DNA of 64,000 bases from Octopus bimaculoides (GCF_001194135.2 NC_068984.1:15435549-15499548), one strand, 5' to 3'. Positions 25,808 through 40,749 are shown, counted from the first letter of the stretch. Notes: generated by a model not told the origin, from the sequence alone. Made by a program: numbers and translations.

Positions 25808-28800
25808 CTTGTGGACTTCGAGTACCACTACTACTAACAGTTCCTGTATATTTAGTGAAAGATCAATTTACGCTAGCAAATTAACATTAAAAAAAATTAT
25901 GGTGGCTGAAGTAATGACAATTTAGGTATTGTTTTACCAACAAATTAAAATTTTAATTTTAAAAAATTATTAAAAACCAGCTAAATTGCGGTCGAATTAG
26001 AAGAGGTAAGACTATCTCCCTTCAAAACAGTGAAGTAGCATATTCAAGGGAGATAACCTGAAAGCTATTTGAGGAGACTTTTGAATAGAAAATTTTATCA
26101 AATTGCAGTGTTTAGAGCCAATGCTGAAACATTGCATATATATATTCTAAGAGTAGTAACCACTTATTTAACAATTAAGTTTTAGACTTGGATAATCACC
26201 AATTAAAAGTAAACCCATAGGCAGCTTGTATATCATCATTTAGTCCTCTTTCCATGCTGGCATAGCTAGGACATTTTGACAGGAACTGGGAAATTATGCC
26301 AAGCTCTACTGTCTGCTTTGGTGTGGTTTCTTCGGTTGGATGCCCTTTCTAACAACAACCACTTTACAAAATGTACTGGGTGTTTTCTTTTTTTTTTTTT
26401 CGTGACACTAGCAGCAGTGAGGTCACCAGGTAACTTGAGACAAGACCCCCTCCTTAGTGGGGAGTAGTATGAAGGAGGTGGCTTTGTGCCAGGTAATGAA
26501 AAGTTAGAGTATGAACAGAATGACAAAAACAGAAGATATATGGCTACCTTAGCCAGAGGGAGGGGGAAGAAGAGAGAGATTAAGTAGGTGAAAAAACACT
26601 TGGAGAAAATTATCCAACTATACAGATTGTTCCTGCAAGACCATCAACCAAATCATGAAAGATGCTTCCATGCATTACAGACCAGAAGCCTCCCAAAGTA
26701 CAGATGGTTTTATTGGTTTCTTAACCAACAAGGATGACTCTATGCAATCACTTGACCTACAAGAAATAATCAAACTGCCTTCAAATCTCATCCTATCATT
26801 TTAAAATAAGAAAGAAACATTGAATAGACTCCTAACTACATGGACAAGATAGCCTTGGCTGAAATACCTTTTATCGTAGGCTTGCTTGAAAGAAAACAAA
26901 GCCTAGCCCCAAACCACCATAACCTATTGGTATACAACAAGGGTGTCTAACCACTACTTGGTGAAATGCACAGTATGGTCTCCCACAAAGCAAAGGTATG
27001 GTACAGGTGGAACAGTAGGGCTAAAGATCAAACTAAATTCTTTGATTGATTACTAATGTTCCATAGGTCTGCTCCAGAGATGATCTGAGGTTAAGTAACA
27101 ACAATACTTTCACAAGTTTCAGAAAAGTTATGGAAAACAACTTCCATCAAGAGGTAATTTAGTTTACAAGTTCCAACCAAAAAAATATTTATGACAACAT
27201 AAAATACAAACTTAACTGTACAACTAAAATAACTTTTCAAACTTAAAACCACTTCAAACACAAACCAACATTATTACACTTAACCGAAATAATATTCAGC
27301 CTCAAGCATCTAAGCATTTATAGCAACAGAGCAAATTATGATAATTATATTAATTATCAATGAGAAGCATACATTTAAAATGTGTGTTGCTCATACCAAC
27401 ATACAAGGTATATAACATAATAACATTCTTGACTGGTAAAATCATCTCATACCAAAATTGCCAAACTCCCAGAATTTGGAAACTGGGGAAAAATATGGTT
27501 CTAAAACCTAAAAAAAAATTAAATCAAGGCATCTTCATCAAGACTTTTTAAGTACACTCTAAACAAAGGAATTTTTTTTAAAAATAAAAATAAAAAAAAC
27601 TCGGCTTACACATTCCCTTTTTCTATTCACAATATGGATTTAGTCACTACATTATCACCACACTACTAACTATCGACAAAAAACATGAAACTTAAAAGCA
27701 ACAAGTTAACATTAGCAAACGTTTTGACTGTTTCCTGCCCTCACTTATAAAGAAAATACTAAATATCTCCTTAAAACAACACGAAGAACAGGCTAGTTAA
27801 TTATTTAATGAGTTGCCAAGTGTATAGCATGTTCAGAATCTGTTATTTTTCAATATATACATGCGAAAGTGAGAAAGAAATGAAGAGGGTGGTCTTGGGA
27901 TGTGCTAGAAACAACAGCCAATTCTCCCTTAAATCACTGAAAATATTTACTTTTTTTCTTTCTTTTTACCGAAAAGGCTTCTAAGTGCAAAAATTGGCCA
28001 AAATCGNNNNNNNNNNNNNNNNNNNNNNNNNNNNNNNNNNNNNNNNNNNNNNNNNNNNNNNNNNNNNNNNNNNNNNNNNNNNNNNNNNNNNNNNNNNNNN
28101 NNNNNNNNNNNNNNNNNNNNNNNNNNNNNNNNNNNNNNNNNNNNNNNNNNNNNNNNNNNNNNNNNNNNNNNNNNNNNNNNNNNNNNNNNNNNNNNNNNNN
28201 NNNNNNNNNNNNNNNNNNNNNNNNNNNNNNNNNNNNNNNNNNNNNNNNNNNNNNNNNNNNNNNNNNNNNNNNNNNNNNNNNNNNNNNNNNNNNNNNNNNN
28301 NNNNNNNNNNNNNNNNNNNNNNNNNNNNNNNNNNNNNNNNNNNNNNNNNNNNNNNNNNNNNNNNNNNNNNNNNNNNNNNNNNNNATGAATTTTCCAAAAC
28401 TCCTTATATCAACCCTTCACAAAAATTCATTCCAACAAATCCCTACATATTCTGAATCTACAGCATCTCAGCGGTATTTGTTGAAAATTTCGTTAAAAAA
28501 ATATCCATTTTTTCTAGAAGTTATGAAGCAACAAAATGGGGGAGGGGGTACATATCTGTAGTTATGCCAATTTGTTTTAATTAGAATAAATTAACTCCCT
28601 TCGACAATTAGGGGAGGCGCTAGCCCTTAACACTACGCACTTGAGTACATATGTATAAGTATTTCAAGTTGACCAGTCAAATTCCTGTGGAATTACACCG
28701 TGCCGTTTTAAAGTGAAGACACGTAGATCAGTATAGACTTGGATGTACAAAATGATGGAATGGAAGGTCACAGCTAAAACGGTTTGATTAGGCTTGCTTG

Positions 28801-31599
28801 ATCAGTGATAACAGTAATAAATGTCGAAGAGAAGCAATCTCCACTTCTTATCTTCTAAATTAAATGTGGAGCCTTTGTATGAATTGCTGTTAAAATTCAA
28901 AATTACAATTTTAAATATATTGCTTTAATAACATTATAGCGAGTCTCAAGGTACACAACTCACTTCAAGTGCTTTCCCCTGATACACGAAAACTAAATTA
29001 GAACAATGATTCAAAGTGAGGAGTGATCTTCAGTTCTTTTCAAATTAACAGAATGTTTATATTAACAAATAGAAATACAGCTNNNNNNNNNNNNNNNNNN
29101 NNNNNNNNNNNNNNNNNNNNNNNNNNNNNNNNNNNNNNNNNNNNNNNNNNNNNNNNNNNNNNNNNNNNNNNNNNNNNNNNNNNNNNNNNNNNNNNNNNNN
29201 NNNNNNNNNNNNNNNNNNNNNNNNNNNNNNNNNNNNNNNNNNNNNNNNNNNNNNNNNNNNNNNNNNNNNNNNNNNNNNNNNNNNNNNNNNNNNNNNNNNN
29301 NNNNNNNNNNNNNNNNNNNNNNNNNNNNNNNNNNNNNNNNNNNNNNNNNNNNNNNNNNNNNNNNNNNNNNNNNNNNNNNNNNNNNNNNNNNNNNNNNNNN
29401 NNNNNNNNNNNNNNNNNNNNNNNNNNNNNNNNNNNNNNNNNNNNNNNNNNNNNNNNNNNNNNNNNNNNNNNNNNNNNNNNNNNNNNNNNNNNNNNNNNNN
29501 NNNNNNNNNNNNNNNNNNNNNNNNNNNNNNNNNNNNNNNNNNNNNNNNNNNNNNNNNNNNNNNNNNNNNNNNNNNNNNNNNNNNNNNNNNNNNNNNNNNN
29601 NNNNNNNNNNNNNNNNNNNNNNNNNNNNNNNNNAATTTTACTTAAATCTGTGTTTAACTTTGGGGGAGGGGAGGGTTAAAAAAAATTCCAGGTTTGAGAT
29701 TTGGCCGAAATATTAAAAAGGTTGAAAACGACTGCCCTAGACGTTGTTCAGACAAATTTTCAAGGAAAAAAGCTTTTGAATTTTTCAGTAGAATTATAAG
29801 AACATGGAGGTACATAATTTTATACTAAGTTGGTAATGCCGTTAAACAAATCTTTAAATCACATACATAGCACAAGAACCAGTGTATGTACACACACACA
29901 CTCTCTCACTCTCTCTAATGGAAGCCAGTTACAGAAAATTTTATATTGAAGACAATTCCAAAAGACCTTTTAAAGAATCTATTGCTATTCAAAGCAGAAA
30001 CATTTCACGGCACCAAAGAAAAAGAAAACAGCATCTCTATAGTGCAATTGTGACAGTGATTATGAAGATTGTAAAAGATTCACAAGCGATGGTAAGATTT
30101 GGCACAGTGTGATGGGACGAAGTTCACTGCTAAACATTTTTGGTATTTTGAAGGGTTACAACACTGTCGGATGATTTTAAAAGATAGTGAAGATTCCTAC
30201 TGTTGGAAAATAGAAATGTCAAGTAAGAACCATTGACATATTCAAAAAACAGCTTAATTATATACAGAATTAATGGTAATTGATAGCACAATCAAAAGCA
30301 TCATCAAACAATAAATAATAGAGATAAGTAATTGTTAGATAAAGAGAACACTGAATATGTACAGCCAGTGAACTGAGGTTTGCATTTAATTCTAGGGTGC
30401 AGTGTCCTTGGATTTAGCAGTCCTCGGAAATGATTATCTTAAAAATATGGCAGAAAATGAAGCAAAATATAAGCACAATTGAAACAAATTGACCCCAAAA
30501 AAAAAAGCTGAGAAGTGTTTACTTCATTTACTTTCAAATTTTAGCCTAGAAGAGAGGACAGTAGGGTGGATATTCCAAAGAATTAGTTCTAGATATCTGA
30601 AGAGGAAGGATTGGGTGACATGTTTGGCAAATGATTCCAGAGACAATGAGAGGAAGCAAAAAAACAAGGTAAGACAGGAAGACTTGTAATTAAATTTAAA
30701 ACAAGGGGGAAGATATAACTGCATTTTGCAAGTGGTTGTAGGGTACTTACAAACAAAACTGTATTCTTAGTTTTATTGTTATATTTTACTTTAAAAATAG
30801 ACTTATTATTTCTAGTCAAGTGTGTACTTGACTTTATCATCTGATGAACTGGAACAAGATGTTTAACCGAATTTTAGCCAATCAGTACTTCAGGTCTAAT
30901 GCATGTAATGGTGAACTAATACACAGAAAGTATTCTTACATCATCATCGTTTAACGTCCGCTTTCCATGCTAGCATGGGTTGGACAGTCGATAGACAAAA
31001 TTTTTGTTTGACTCATCCATTTATTATACCAGTGGTACAGATTACTTTATCTGCAATAAGACTAATCGGATATAACATACATGACACTGACATGGCTGTG
31101 TAGTATAAAAAGTTTGCTTTTCAATCACATGGTTTCTGGTTCAGCCCTATTGCATGGCACCTTGGGCAAGTGTCTTCTAATATAGTCATGGACCAAGCAA
31201 AGTTTTGTGAGAGGATTTGGTAGACAGAAACTGAAAAGAAATCTGCTATATATATGTGTGAGCAAATAAATATATATATATATATCATTTAACATCCTCT
31301 TTCCATGCTGGTGTGGGTTGCAAGGTTGTGGTAACAAGGCTGGGAGCCATACCAGGTTCCAATGTCTGCTTCAGCATGATTTCTACTGCTGGATGCCCAT
31401 CCCAATGCCAACAAGTTTACAGAGGGTACTGGTTGCTTCTTACATGACACCATCACCAAGTAACTTGCAATAAGTAAACATATATATATCAGAAAAAGAA
31501 AATGGAGATTGGCAAAATAATCATCATGCCTTATATGTGTGTGTGTGTGTGTGCGCGCGTGCGTGTGTATGGCGACAGTCACATGAGAGTCACAGAGAG

Positions 31600-32760
31600 G
31601 ATCATGTGAAAGACATGAGAGGGTCTTAGCTCAACTAATTAGGGAAAGAGTTACTTTAGATGAGATGCAGTTTGGGTTTGTGCCAAGGAGAAGCACCACT
31701 GACACTATATTTCTGGTAAGGCAGCTGCAGGAGAAATTCCTAACCAAAGATAAACCTCTGTACTTCGCTTTCGTTGACATGGAGAAAGCCCTCGACAGGG
31801 TCTCCCAATCCCTTATCTGGTGGTCAATGTGGAAACTAGGGATAGATGAGTGGTTGGTGAGAGAAGTGTACAAGCCATGTACGGGGATGCTGTCAGTAAG
31901 GTGAGGGTTGGCAACAAGTATAGTGAAGAATTCTGGGTAGAAGTAGGGGCTCGTGAAGAATCAGTCCTAATTCATCATAGTCCTCCATGCAATAACAGAG
32001 GAATTCAAGACAGGATGCCCCTGGGAGCTCCATGCTGATGACCTTGCTCAAATAGCTGAGAGAAGAAGTTTCAGGTGTGGAAGCAAGGTCTAGAATTGAA
32101 GGGGCTTAAAGAGTCAATCTAGCAAAAATCAGTCTTAGTACGTAAGAGGGCAGACAAATCACAAATCTCTTCAGGTAGATGGCCTTGCTCGATCTGTAGA
32201 AAAGGTGTAAGTAGAATCTCCATAAGATGTATCCAGTATAAGCTATGGACACAAAAGAGGTGCAGCAATATCAAAAGGTTAACTGGGAAGATAGATTGTG
32301 TGTGTGGCAAATGCACAGCAACAATAAACACCAAAGATGTGCAGAAAACAGATTCCGTCACATGCCAGTGCCACATGACTGATCCCATGCCGGTGGGACG
32401 TAAAAAGCATCTTTTGAGCATGGTTGTTGCCAATGCCACCTGACTGGCTCCTGTGCCAGTGGCACATAACAAGCACCATTCAAGCGTGGTCATTATCAGT
32501 GCTGCCTGACTGGCTCCCATGCCAGTGACATGTAAAAAGCAACATTTGAGCATGGCCGATGCCAGTAATGCCAGACTGGCCCCCATGCCAGTGGCACGTA
32601 AAAAGCACCCACTACATTCTTGGAGTAGTTGGCGTTAGGAAGGGCATCTAGCTGTAGAAACCTTGCCAGATGAGCTTAGGCAGCCTCCTGGCTTGCCAGT
32701 CCTCAGTCAAACCGTCCAACCCATGCCAGCATATCTGCTAGCATGGGAAAATGGACATAA
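31600..32760 (+). mobile_element. Internally deleted RTE-clade LINE (RT fragment, Cys-rich finger, 3'UTR)
   Basis: DEMQFGFVPRRSTTDTIFLVRQLQEKFLTKDKPLYFAFVDMEKALDRV is RTE RT. It is followed by a WPCSICRKGV...C finger, ~65-bp tandem repeats and the ccaacccatgccagcat tail. Frameshifted. Confidence 0.9.
32378..32600 (+). repeat. About four tandem copies of a ~65-bp unit in the RTE 3'UTR
   Basis: gactggctcccatgccagtggcacgtaaaaagcac-like unit at about 32378, 32442, 32509 and 32574. Confidence 0.8.
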
Positions 32761-34060
32761 AAATGAAATAAATATATATATAACATACATATGGCCAATG
32801 TGGATCACCAGGCTACATTTTAGTCTCCAGGGGTTAGGATATAGCAGCCTTTCTATATTATTTAAAAAGTTTCAAGCAAAAGAAAAAATTTTTTTCATCT
32901 CCATCAAAATTAAAATGTATCTATAAAATAGTGAGTTAGATCAAAAAACCAAGTCTAAAATTTATTAACATCAGTTTGCAGAAACAAACTTGCTTCAAAC
33001 AGATCCTCTGCCTCATTGAAACCCTTAAATCTGATTTGATTTGATTACTTTCATATCTGTGAAATTAAAAATTTTGACAAATATTACATTTTACAGTTAG
33101 TCAGAGTTGGTAAAACTACCAACTAACTCCAGCAACCCAATAATTGCTGCCAACTCTTTAATTCTGAGTCCATAGCTCACGTAGGGAAAAATACTGCTTA
33201 TTCGGACCTATTTAGGACATGGTGTTTTTTGAAGTTTGACTTCATGAATACAACCTATTGTAAATCTTGCTAGGTGCACTAATTGAAAACTCACAAATGA
33301 CTCATTAGTTATGGAGTGACTCACTGCTACTGCAGCCAGCTGTACCTCCCAATAACTAGGCATATCTAGGTTAACTTGTTTATTGAGTATTACTCTTTTT
33401 ATCAGCAACAAAGCAAGATGATATCATAATGACTCAGCCGGCTATAAGTCTCTGGGACAATAGCAAGGGTGTGTAAAGCAAATAAAAATTTGCGTTGAGG
33501 AAGTTAAATCAGACCATGAAGAAGCTCACAATTGTAATGGCAAGTAAGCAATACACAATAAAGACACCCTTCCTTTTGTTAATTCAGAAAAACAGATACT
33601 AAAACCAATGCAAACAAAAAGCATTAACAATATCTATTCTAGTTCAGATGTGATAATGCTGCATGAGCAGCAAAAATATTCCGGCTTATGTGGATTCTAA
33701 AACTGCAATTGAAAATAAGACAAAGAATACTCTGGTATTTGTCCCTTATTTTACATTGAGAAACTTTCACTTATGTTACATAGAAAGCCAATTCGTAATT
33801 TATAAAGCAAATTTTGAATGTAAAATGAGAATATAAATAATTTGCTGACAAAGAATAGTCCAAAATGTATTCTTTATTTTTGTTACAGAACTTTTAGTGA
33901 TGTTAGATAATAGAAGGGTAATTAGCAATGATAAAGCCAATTTTAAATATTGCATAAGCATACAAAACATGTAAAAACAACATTATATCGAAGTAGCAAT
34001 TTTTTTTTTGATAATACAATTAATTACAAAACAACAGCTACAAATTATGTACAAACATAC

Positions 34061-34191
34061 CTTCTGGAATGCTTCTGATAATCATAATCTCTAGTGGCTT
34101 TTCTTCTTTTTGATTTGCAATATCCATATGCGTCATCATCATAAGGAGAATCTCGACTAGGAGATCTGCGCCTTCGACGTGATTTTGGCAT
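34061..34191 (-). CDS. CLK2: CLK2/Doa first canonical coding exon (start codon at exon boundary)
   Basis: tttttgttccag|ATG CCA AAA TCA CGT CGA...TCC AGA AG|gtatgt = MPKSRRRRRSPSRDSPYDDDAYGYCKSKRRKATRDYDYQKHSR. 131 nt. Phase 2 joins the T of the 22455 exon to give Ser. Confidence 0.92.
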
Positions 34192-35439
34192 CTGGAACAA
34201 AAACAATCAGCGTTAAAAATGCTGCAGTATGCTACTTCACAATGGTTTTCAGTTACTTTAAATATCAATGAATATGCAAGTGTTAGATAATCAATTCTTT
34301 GATTTCCCCAAATCAGATGAACATAAACAATTGATCATTATGTGATTAGCATTGCTGAGGTCAGATATTTTCCCAGACTACACACACACACAACACTATT
34401 TCAACAGAGTACTGAAAGTCAACGAACACTCCAAAATTGAATGCACTTCACAATCACCCATTTATTGGTCCCTATTGATAAGTGAACCAAGCAATAGGAA
34501 GAGAAGTGTCAGTTACATGGGCATTTTGCATATAAATTTCCTTACTGATTGAAAACGTCTATCTCAACATTCCATCAAAGACTTCTTTGCTTCTGTAAGA
34601 TACATCACAGCATCAAAATCATTTAGTTGCCAATTTGCAAAATAGAACGAGCCTCTGAAATCTGATCTTTCGTCTGGTAAATAGATACAGAAGGTTTGGG
34701 AGGATCCTAAATTAATTTTTACATAATCCACCATATCTTATTGTGAAAATGATTCAATCAATTATTCTAAAATATAAAGAAAAACCTGTCCTATATATAT
34801 ATAACTTCATTTCTTCATTAATTAAGTGTAGTAAAATATCTAATGATGTTAGCTTCATGAATACTTATAAAGCTGTCAGTGTCTGACAGAAAAGTAATTC
34901 AACTACAAGTAGATCAGAATTATGTCCCATGCATAAGTTCTCTACCTTTTTTTCTCTTCACGCAGCAAAAGAGTAGAAACAAAAAAAAACTGATGATACA
35001 CTTACATGGAAAGTATTAAAATAATTTGTAATTTTACAAAATCAACAAACAGTATGCAAATTTATCATACATGTATGTAACAAAAATAATAATTACAGGT
35101 GTATCAAGAGACACTAGAATATATTTTTATCTTCTACCACTATATATTTATAAATGCTCATAGACTATCTAACAATATCCATTACTGCCACAGGGCAATA
35201 TATGAGAAGCACTGCATTATTAATTGAAAAATATTTAAATGCAAACAAAGTAACAATGCTGTTTAAATTTTATACAGAAGTACAGATACATGTGTATTGA
35301 CATCATACAAATATATGTGCATATATAAACATATATGTAAAATGTAAAATAAACATAAGCATATATACAAACACACACACACACACATGCATAAGCATAA
35401 ACACACACACATCTACCTATCTAACATTTCATGTAAGTT

Positions 35440-35660
35440 GCCCAGACCAAAACCACTCTTTCTCTCCAAGCATCCCTATCTTCCATGACATTTTTGAGGT
35501 CTTCTATTTCTAACTCGAAATTCCATAAGATCGATCAATGTACACCATTCTGGGTCATCTGATCTGAGAATTCCCATGGTTTGGGATCCAGAAGGAACAC
35601 ATTCAGTAATACAACTTTCCTTCAATAGCAGTGAACAGCATACCATGTCCTCTGCTCTTC
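35440..35660 (-). mobile_element. RTE-type LINE ORF2 C-terminal remnant
   Basis: Minus strand encodes DLKNVMEDRDAWRERVV, a typical RTE C-terminus. Confidence 0.6.
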
Positions 35661-36169
35661 AATGATTGAAGATATGTTGGGTGATATTTCCACGAAGTTT
35701 TTCTTTTGTCAAACATAATAGATTTCATGATTTGTTCAGAACAACACACAACACACATGAAATGGTGAAATCGTTCAAGCCTATGGTGTATAATCACACA
35801 ATGTTGGGTGGAGCAACTAAAAATAGGTAATAGTCAAGATAAACTGGTTCAGTTAGAGAAGTACTGCTCACATCTGCAGTGTTGTATGTAGATTTATACT
35901 TTCAGCTATCAACAGACAAATAAGGATTTTAAATCTACTAAAATGCTTAAATTGCATTGCTCATTGTTCAAGTGAACAAGGAGCACTTTCTGTAGTGATA
36001 CAAACCTAAAGCATACACTCTTGAAATACAAGAAGTCAATGTCAGTATCAAACTTCAATATTTGCACTCTACACACAATGTTAGTCATTGGAACTCATAG
36101 CATTAGCTACTGATCATTGACCTGAGAAAAGGATGAATATTGGTTGAAGCATCCTCCTAAAAGAACAAA

Positions 36170-36665
36170 TAATAAGATAGGAGGTGTAGGAATGCTACTC
36201 GGTTCACTTTCAATACAGATCAATATCAAGAGCTCCCTTCAGATCTTCTATTGCTACCTTCAATGAAAACATGCAAACCACTGATTTCATGCTACAATCC
36301 ACAAGTATATCTGATGAGCATGATGTATACCTCTTCTACGAACTATCATTCATAGTTCATGCAATACCAAAGCACAATGTCCAAATCATTAGTGACGATA
36401 TGAAAGCACAATAAGTAATCAGCAAATGTCACAAGCATTCCTTTCATGAAGGAACCTATGGAAATGGCACATATTTCGAGCATTTTCTGATTAAAAATAG
36501 CTGGTTGTTGTCTTGACACTCAGTTTCAGAAGTTGAATGGAAAGTTATGGACTCGTATATGTACAACAAACAGTGCTGGCTCAACTCGATTACATCATTA
36601 TCAATAAAAATTTGATCAATAGCAGACATGTGTAAAGTATTTAACTCTTTTGAAGTCATATCATC
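36170..36665 (+). mobile_element. LINE APE-endonuclease remnant
   Basis: Broken frames GGVGMLL, IPKHNVQIISDDMKAQ and AQLDYIIINKNLINS match APE endonuclease motifs. Confidence 0.7.
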
Positions 36666-37434
36666 CAATCATTGAATCATACTGGGTCGTTTCCAGCTGA
36701 GTATGCATGCAAACAGAAAGAGGAAACCTCCATGGATGCAAACAACTATCCAACACACACACACACACACAAACATATGTATACACGTTTGTCTAGTCAT
36801 ATATATGTGTATGTATGTATACCAGTGTGTAGATGCATATATATGTAAATATATATATATTTTTTGTATTGTATATATCATCATTTAACATGTTAGCATG
36901 GGCTGGACAGTTTGACACACGGCTGTATTGTGCTCCATGTCAGCTTTGGCAGTTTCTACAGCTGGATGCCTTCTCCTAACACCAACTACTTCAGAGTGTA
37001 CTGAATGCTTTTTCCAAGGTACCAGCATCAGTGGGGTTACCATGTACCCAAAGAACAAGATCCTTCAACTGAGTAGAGTATAGAAGGATATCAAAGTGAG
37101 GGGCAGGAGCTAATGTTTTGCTGAAAAGGTGAATACATGGCTTCCCTATCTGAGAAGAGATGTGAGGTAAAAGTACAATGTTAATGAGAGAGAGAGAAAG
37201 AGAAGTAGGATAGAGGAACAGCAAAGGTGGGTTGGTAAGTGTACTACAGTGAAAATCAGTTCGGAGAGAAGGAGTGAAGGAAAGGATGAGTGGATCAGGG
37301 AGGTAGCGAGGGACAGTAGTGGGGATACAATACAAAGTGTAGTGGGGATAGGTCGTATTGTTTACAGTACCAGAGTAGTACTACAGGAGATTGTTAGGAT
37401 GGGTGTTAGAAGACAAGTTATGAGGGAGGCTTGA

Positions 37435-37880
37435 CCACAATGTTGCCAAGGTGGACATGTCTTCTTAAACACAGCACATTATGTCATTAATCTCAGTCCC
37501 GTTATCTCTTCCAAGAGGACTAATATCTTGAGGTGTCTTCATGTCTTCCACAGGCTCCTTCAATGTTCTGTAATCAGCACTTCTTTATACAGCTGTCCTC
37601 ATCCATCTTTATCATATTACTATACCAGCGCAATGTTCTCTCCCACACACCACATCTGATGCATCTTATGCTCAATTTTTCTCTCGAAACATTTGTACTT
37701 TGTCGTACATGAACACTTACATTGCACATTCAGCCAAGCATTTCTTTCTAGTCTTTCTATGTCCTCTGCATTCACAGCCCAAATTTTACAACCGTATAGT
37801 ATTGCTGTTCATACACAGGGCTGAACAACCTGCTTTTCACAGAGAGAGACCTTTTGTTATGAACAGGAAGTAATAGTTCT
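37435..37880 (-). mobile_element. RTE LINE ORF2 3' fragment
   Basis: Minus-strand remnants of the TAMLYGSETWAV / RLERNAWLNVQC / RTLRWY region, degenerate. Confidence 0.6.
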
Positions 37881-39291
37881 TTGCTTACAGTATCCCGACA
37901 CCTAATTAGGTCACCAAAGTAACAAACTATGTACTACCTCTGAGGATCATCCTGGGCATTGCAGAAAATTTATATCCTATATGCTCTTAGTATTTACTGC
38001 AGCTATGCATCTGCCACAAACAAAGCCTACTTAATCTACTGCACTATTTTTTTTTTTACAGAATTTGCTGTAAGTACAACATATGGTATTTCTACCAACA
38101 GCTCTTCCACATATTGAACAGAGTCACTTGCCTGAAGAGATTAACATCTTGCCTGTCTGCCCTGCTAACTAAAACCTTGGTTTTTAAATTAACTGTAAGG
38201 CTCTTTGATTCAACATAAACCTGTACACATACACATCCAAGCGTAGGTCAGAAAAATCTCTTAGAGTCAGATTTTCTGCACCTGGATTCTCCTTCTTGTC
38301 ACCAACTTCACTTGATTCCAAGCAAAGTAATATTTTTCCATGATCAGACATGTTTGCGTAAAGGATTGAAAATGTTCGTATGTTGGTAGCAGTTATTTAC
38401 AAAACAAGGAGACACAAAAAAAAATATATAAAAATGCGTATATACGTGCGCACACGCACACATAGATACATATAGATATCATAACCATCGTTTTACTGAC
38501 CACATTTCCATGCTCAGATGGGTTGAACAGAATTTGTTGAAGCGGATTTTCTACAGCCAGATGCCATTCTTTTGCCAACTCTCACCCACTTCCAACTAAA
38601 GTAATATTTTTCATGACCAGACAAGCTTTCACAGAATATTGTAAATAAAGACCACTGCTTGTGTGATAGCGAGTCATTTACAACTATCACATACAGATAT
38701 ATATATACGCGTGCTTCTTTCAGTTTCTGTCTACCAAATTCACCCCAAGGCTTTAGTTGTAAAAATAACAATTAATAAATAATTTATAAGTTGTTTTAAA
38801 ATAAGGAGTTACTTTTCAATCACCCTGTATATAAAGACGCCTACATATATATTTCAACAAGACAAAAAGACCAGTCAATTGCATTTGTTGATATAACTAG
38901 ATAGAAATCAGATGGTTCTTTGCAGATTGTGACAACTCAGAGACAAGGCTGAAGAGTATCAAGTTACATTTTTGGCTCTTGTTAAAATGGTTTCATCTAC
39001 ACTTGTACAGAGAACAGATAAGTTCACATGTACTCATACATGCTATACAATTATATACACATATGCCTCGTGGTACATACACACATATACACACACTTCA
39101 TACATACACATAAGTGTGTGTTTATCATAACCATGATTGTTTAATGTCCATTTTCCATGGACGGTTTGACGTGGACCTGGCCAGGTTCCAATTGTTGTTT
39201 TGGCAAGATTTCTACAGTAGGATGCCCTTTACGTGGTATCAACATGCCAGCATGGCTGCATTCTATGTGGCACCAGCACCTGCATATATCT

Positions 39292-39325
<34 letters not shown>

Positions 39326-39914
39326 AAACAGGAGACTGGAAAATTTTTGGTATTATTTATTCATCATTACACATGTTTCATTTGCTAAAAGGAGTTACAA
39401 AAATGTATATGTAATCTCCTATTAGAAATTCTTCAGTCAAAGAATCAAATAATATTATTTGATATTATTCACATGTAATGAATAAATAATACCAACAAAT
39501 TTTCTAATCTCTTGTTTTGCTATTACTCTGCAGAAAATATTTTCCAGTATTGTCAACTCTTATGCATACCTCACACAATGATAAAGCCAATGTGCTCCAA
39601 GAAGACACAGCTTAGATTTTAACCATATCTACATAATATCATCATCATTGTTTAACGTCCATCTTCCATGCATGCATGGGTAGGATGATTGACAGGAGCC
39701 AGCTAAGTAGAAAAATTACCCTAGGCTACTGTGTCTGTTTTGGCAAGGAATTTATGACTGGATGCCCTTCCTACAACCATGGATAAATATATACACATAA
39801 AGACACACAAATATATATCATCATCATTGTCGTCGTCATTGTTGTTGTCGTTTAACGTCCGCTTTCCATGCTGGCATGAGTTAAATGGTTTGACTGAGGG
39901 CTGGTATATACATA

Positions 39915-40220
39915 TATGGTATAGCCGTGAAGTAAAAGTTTGCTTCTCAACCACATAGTTCCAGGTTCAATCCCACTACATACCATCTAGTCTTCTACTA
40001 TAGCCTCAGGCCTATCAAAGCCTTGTGAGCAGATTTCGTGGACAGAAACTTAAAGAAGCCCAACGTGTTTGTATTATATATATATACACACACACACACA
40101 CAGGCATTGGCGTTTATATACCCATAACTTAGCAGTGCAAGACCAATAGAATAAGTACCAGGCTCAATTCATTTGGCTAAAAGTTTAAGGTGGTTCCTCT
40201 GATGACTGAAACAAGTAAAC
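39915..40220 (+). mobile_element. tRNA-derived octopus SINE (OR-like), degenerate
   Basis: B-box-like ggttcaatccc, then agccttgtgagcagattt...gacagaaact and the gactgaaacaagtaaa tail shared with the other copies. Confidence 0.7.
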
Positions 40221-40749
40221 GATATCTGCCTTGACAAATTCCCTCTTATCCATGCAAGCAATGAAAAGTGAACATTAGATGAATACAATACACACAGTGT
40301 TGAGCATAAATATATATTGCCTAATTAATGATGGGCCATCTAAAAGCATAGTCAGACAGGTTCATAAGTTAACCTTATGTAAGTAAATCTTTAATGCTAA
40401 CATCTAAGAGAAAAGTCAAAGGATACATCCTGTGATGATCAGCTAACTGTGAAAATGTGCCACGGGAAGACACCTTTTTTCTACAAATTATACTTAATTT
40501 ATATAATTGCAATTATAATTTCGCAGCCAAGAATTTCTCATATGCTTATATATGTATTTATATATGTGCTTGTGCCACATAAAAAGCACTCAGTCAACTC
40601 TGCTGAGTGGCTGGTGTTAGCACTCAGCTGTAAAAACCCTGCCAAAACAGCTAAACAAGTCTGGTGCAAGCTTCTGTCAAACCCTCCACCCATGCCAGCA
40701 TGAAAGGCAGATGTTAAACGACGACGATGATTATATATGTATAGGATAA

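Noticed and set aside
30841-30880. CTGATGA suggesting another hammerhead (also 16432 and 36311)
   Set aside because: No stem II, no GAAA plus NUH, and no stem I pairing. The 16432 case runs into a gap.
32378-32600. Regularly spaced repeats superficially like a CRISPR array
   Set aside because: Eukaryotic context, whole units are homologous with no unique spacers, and they sit in a LINE 3'UTR.
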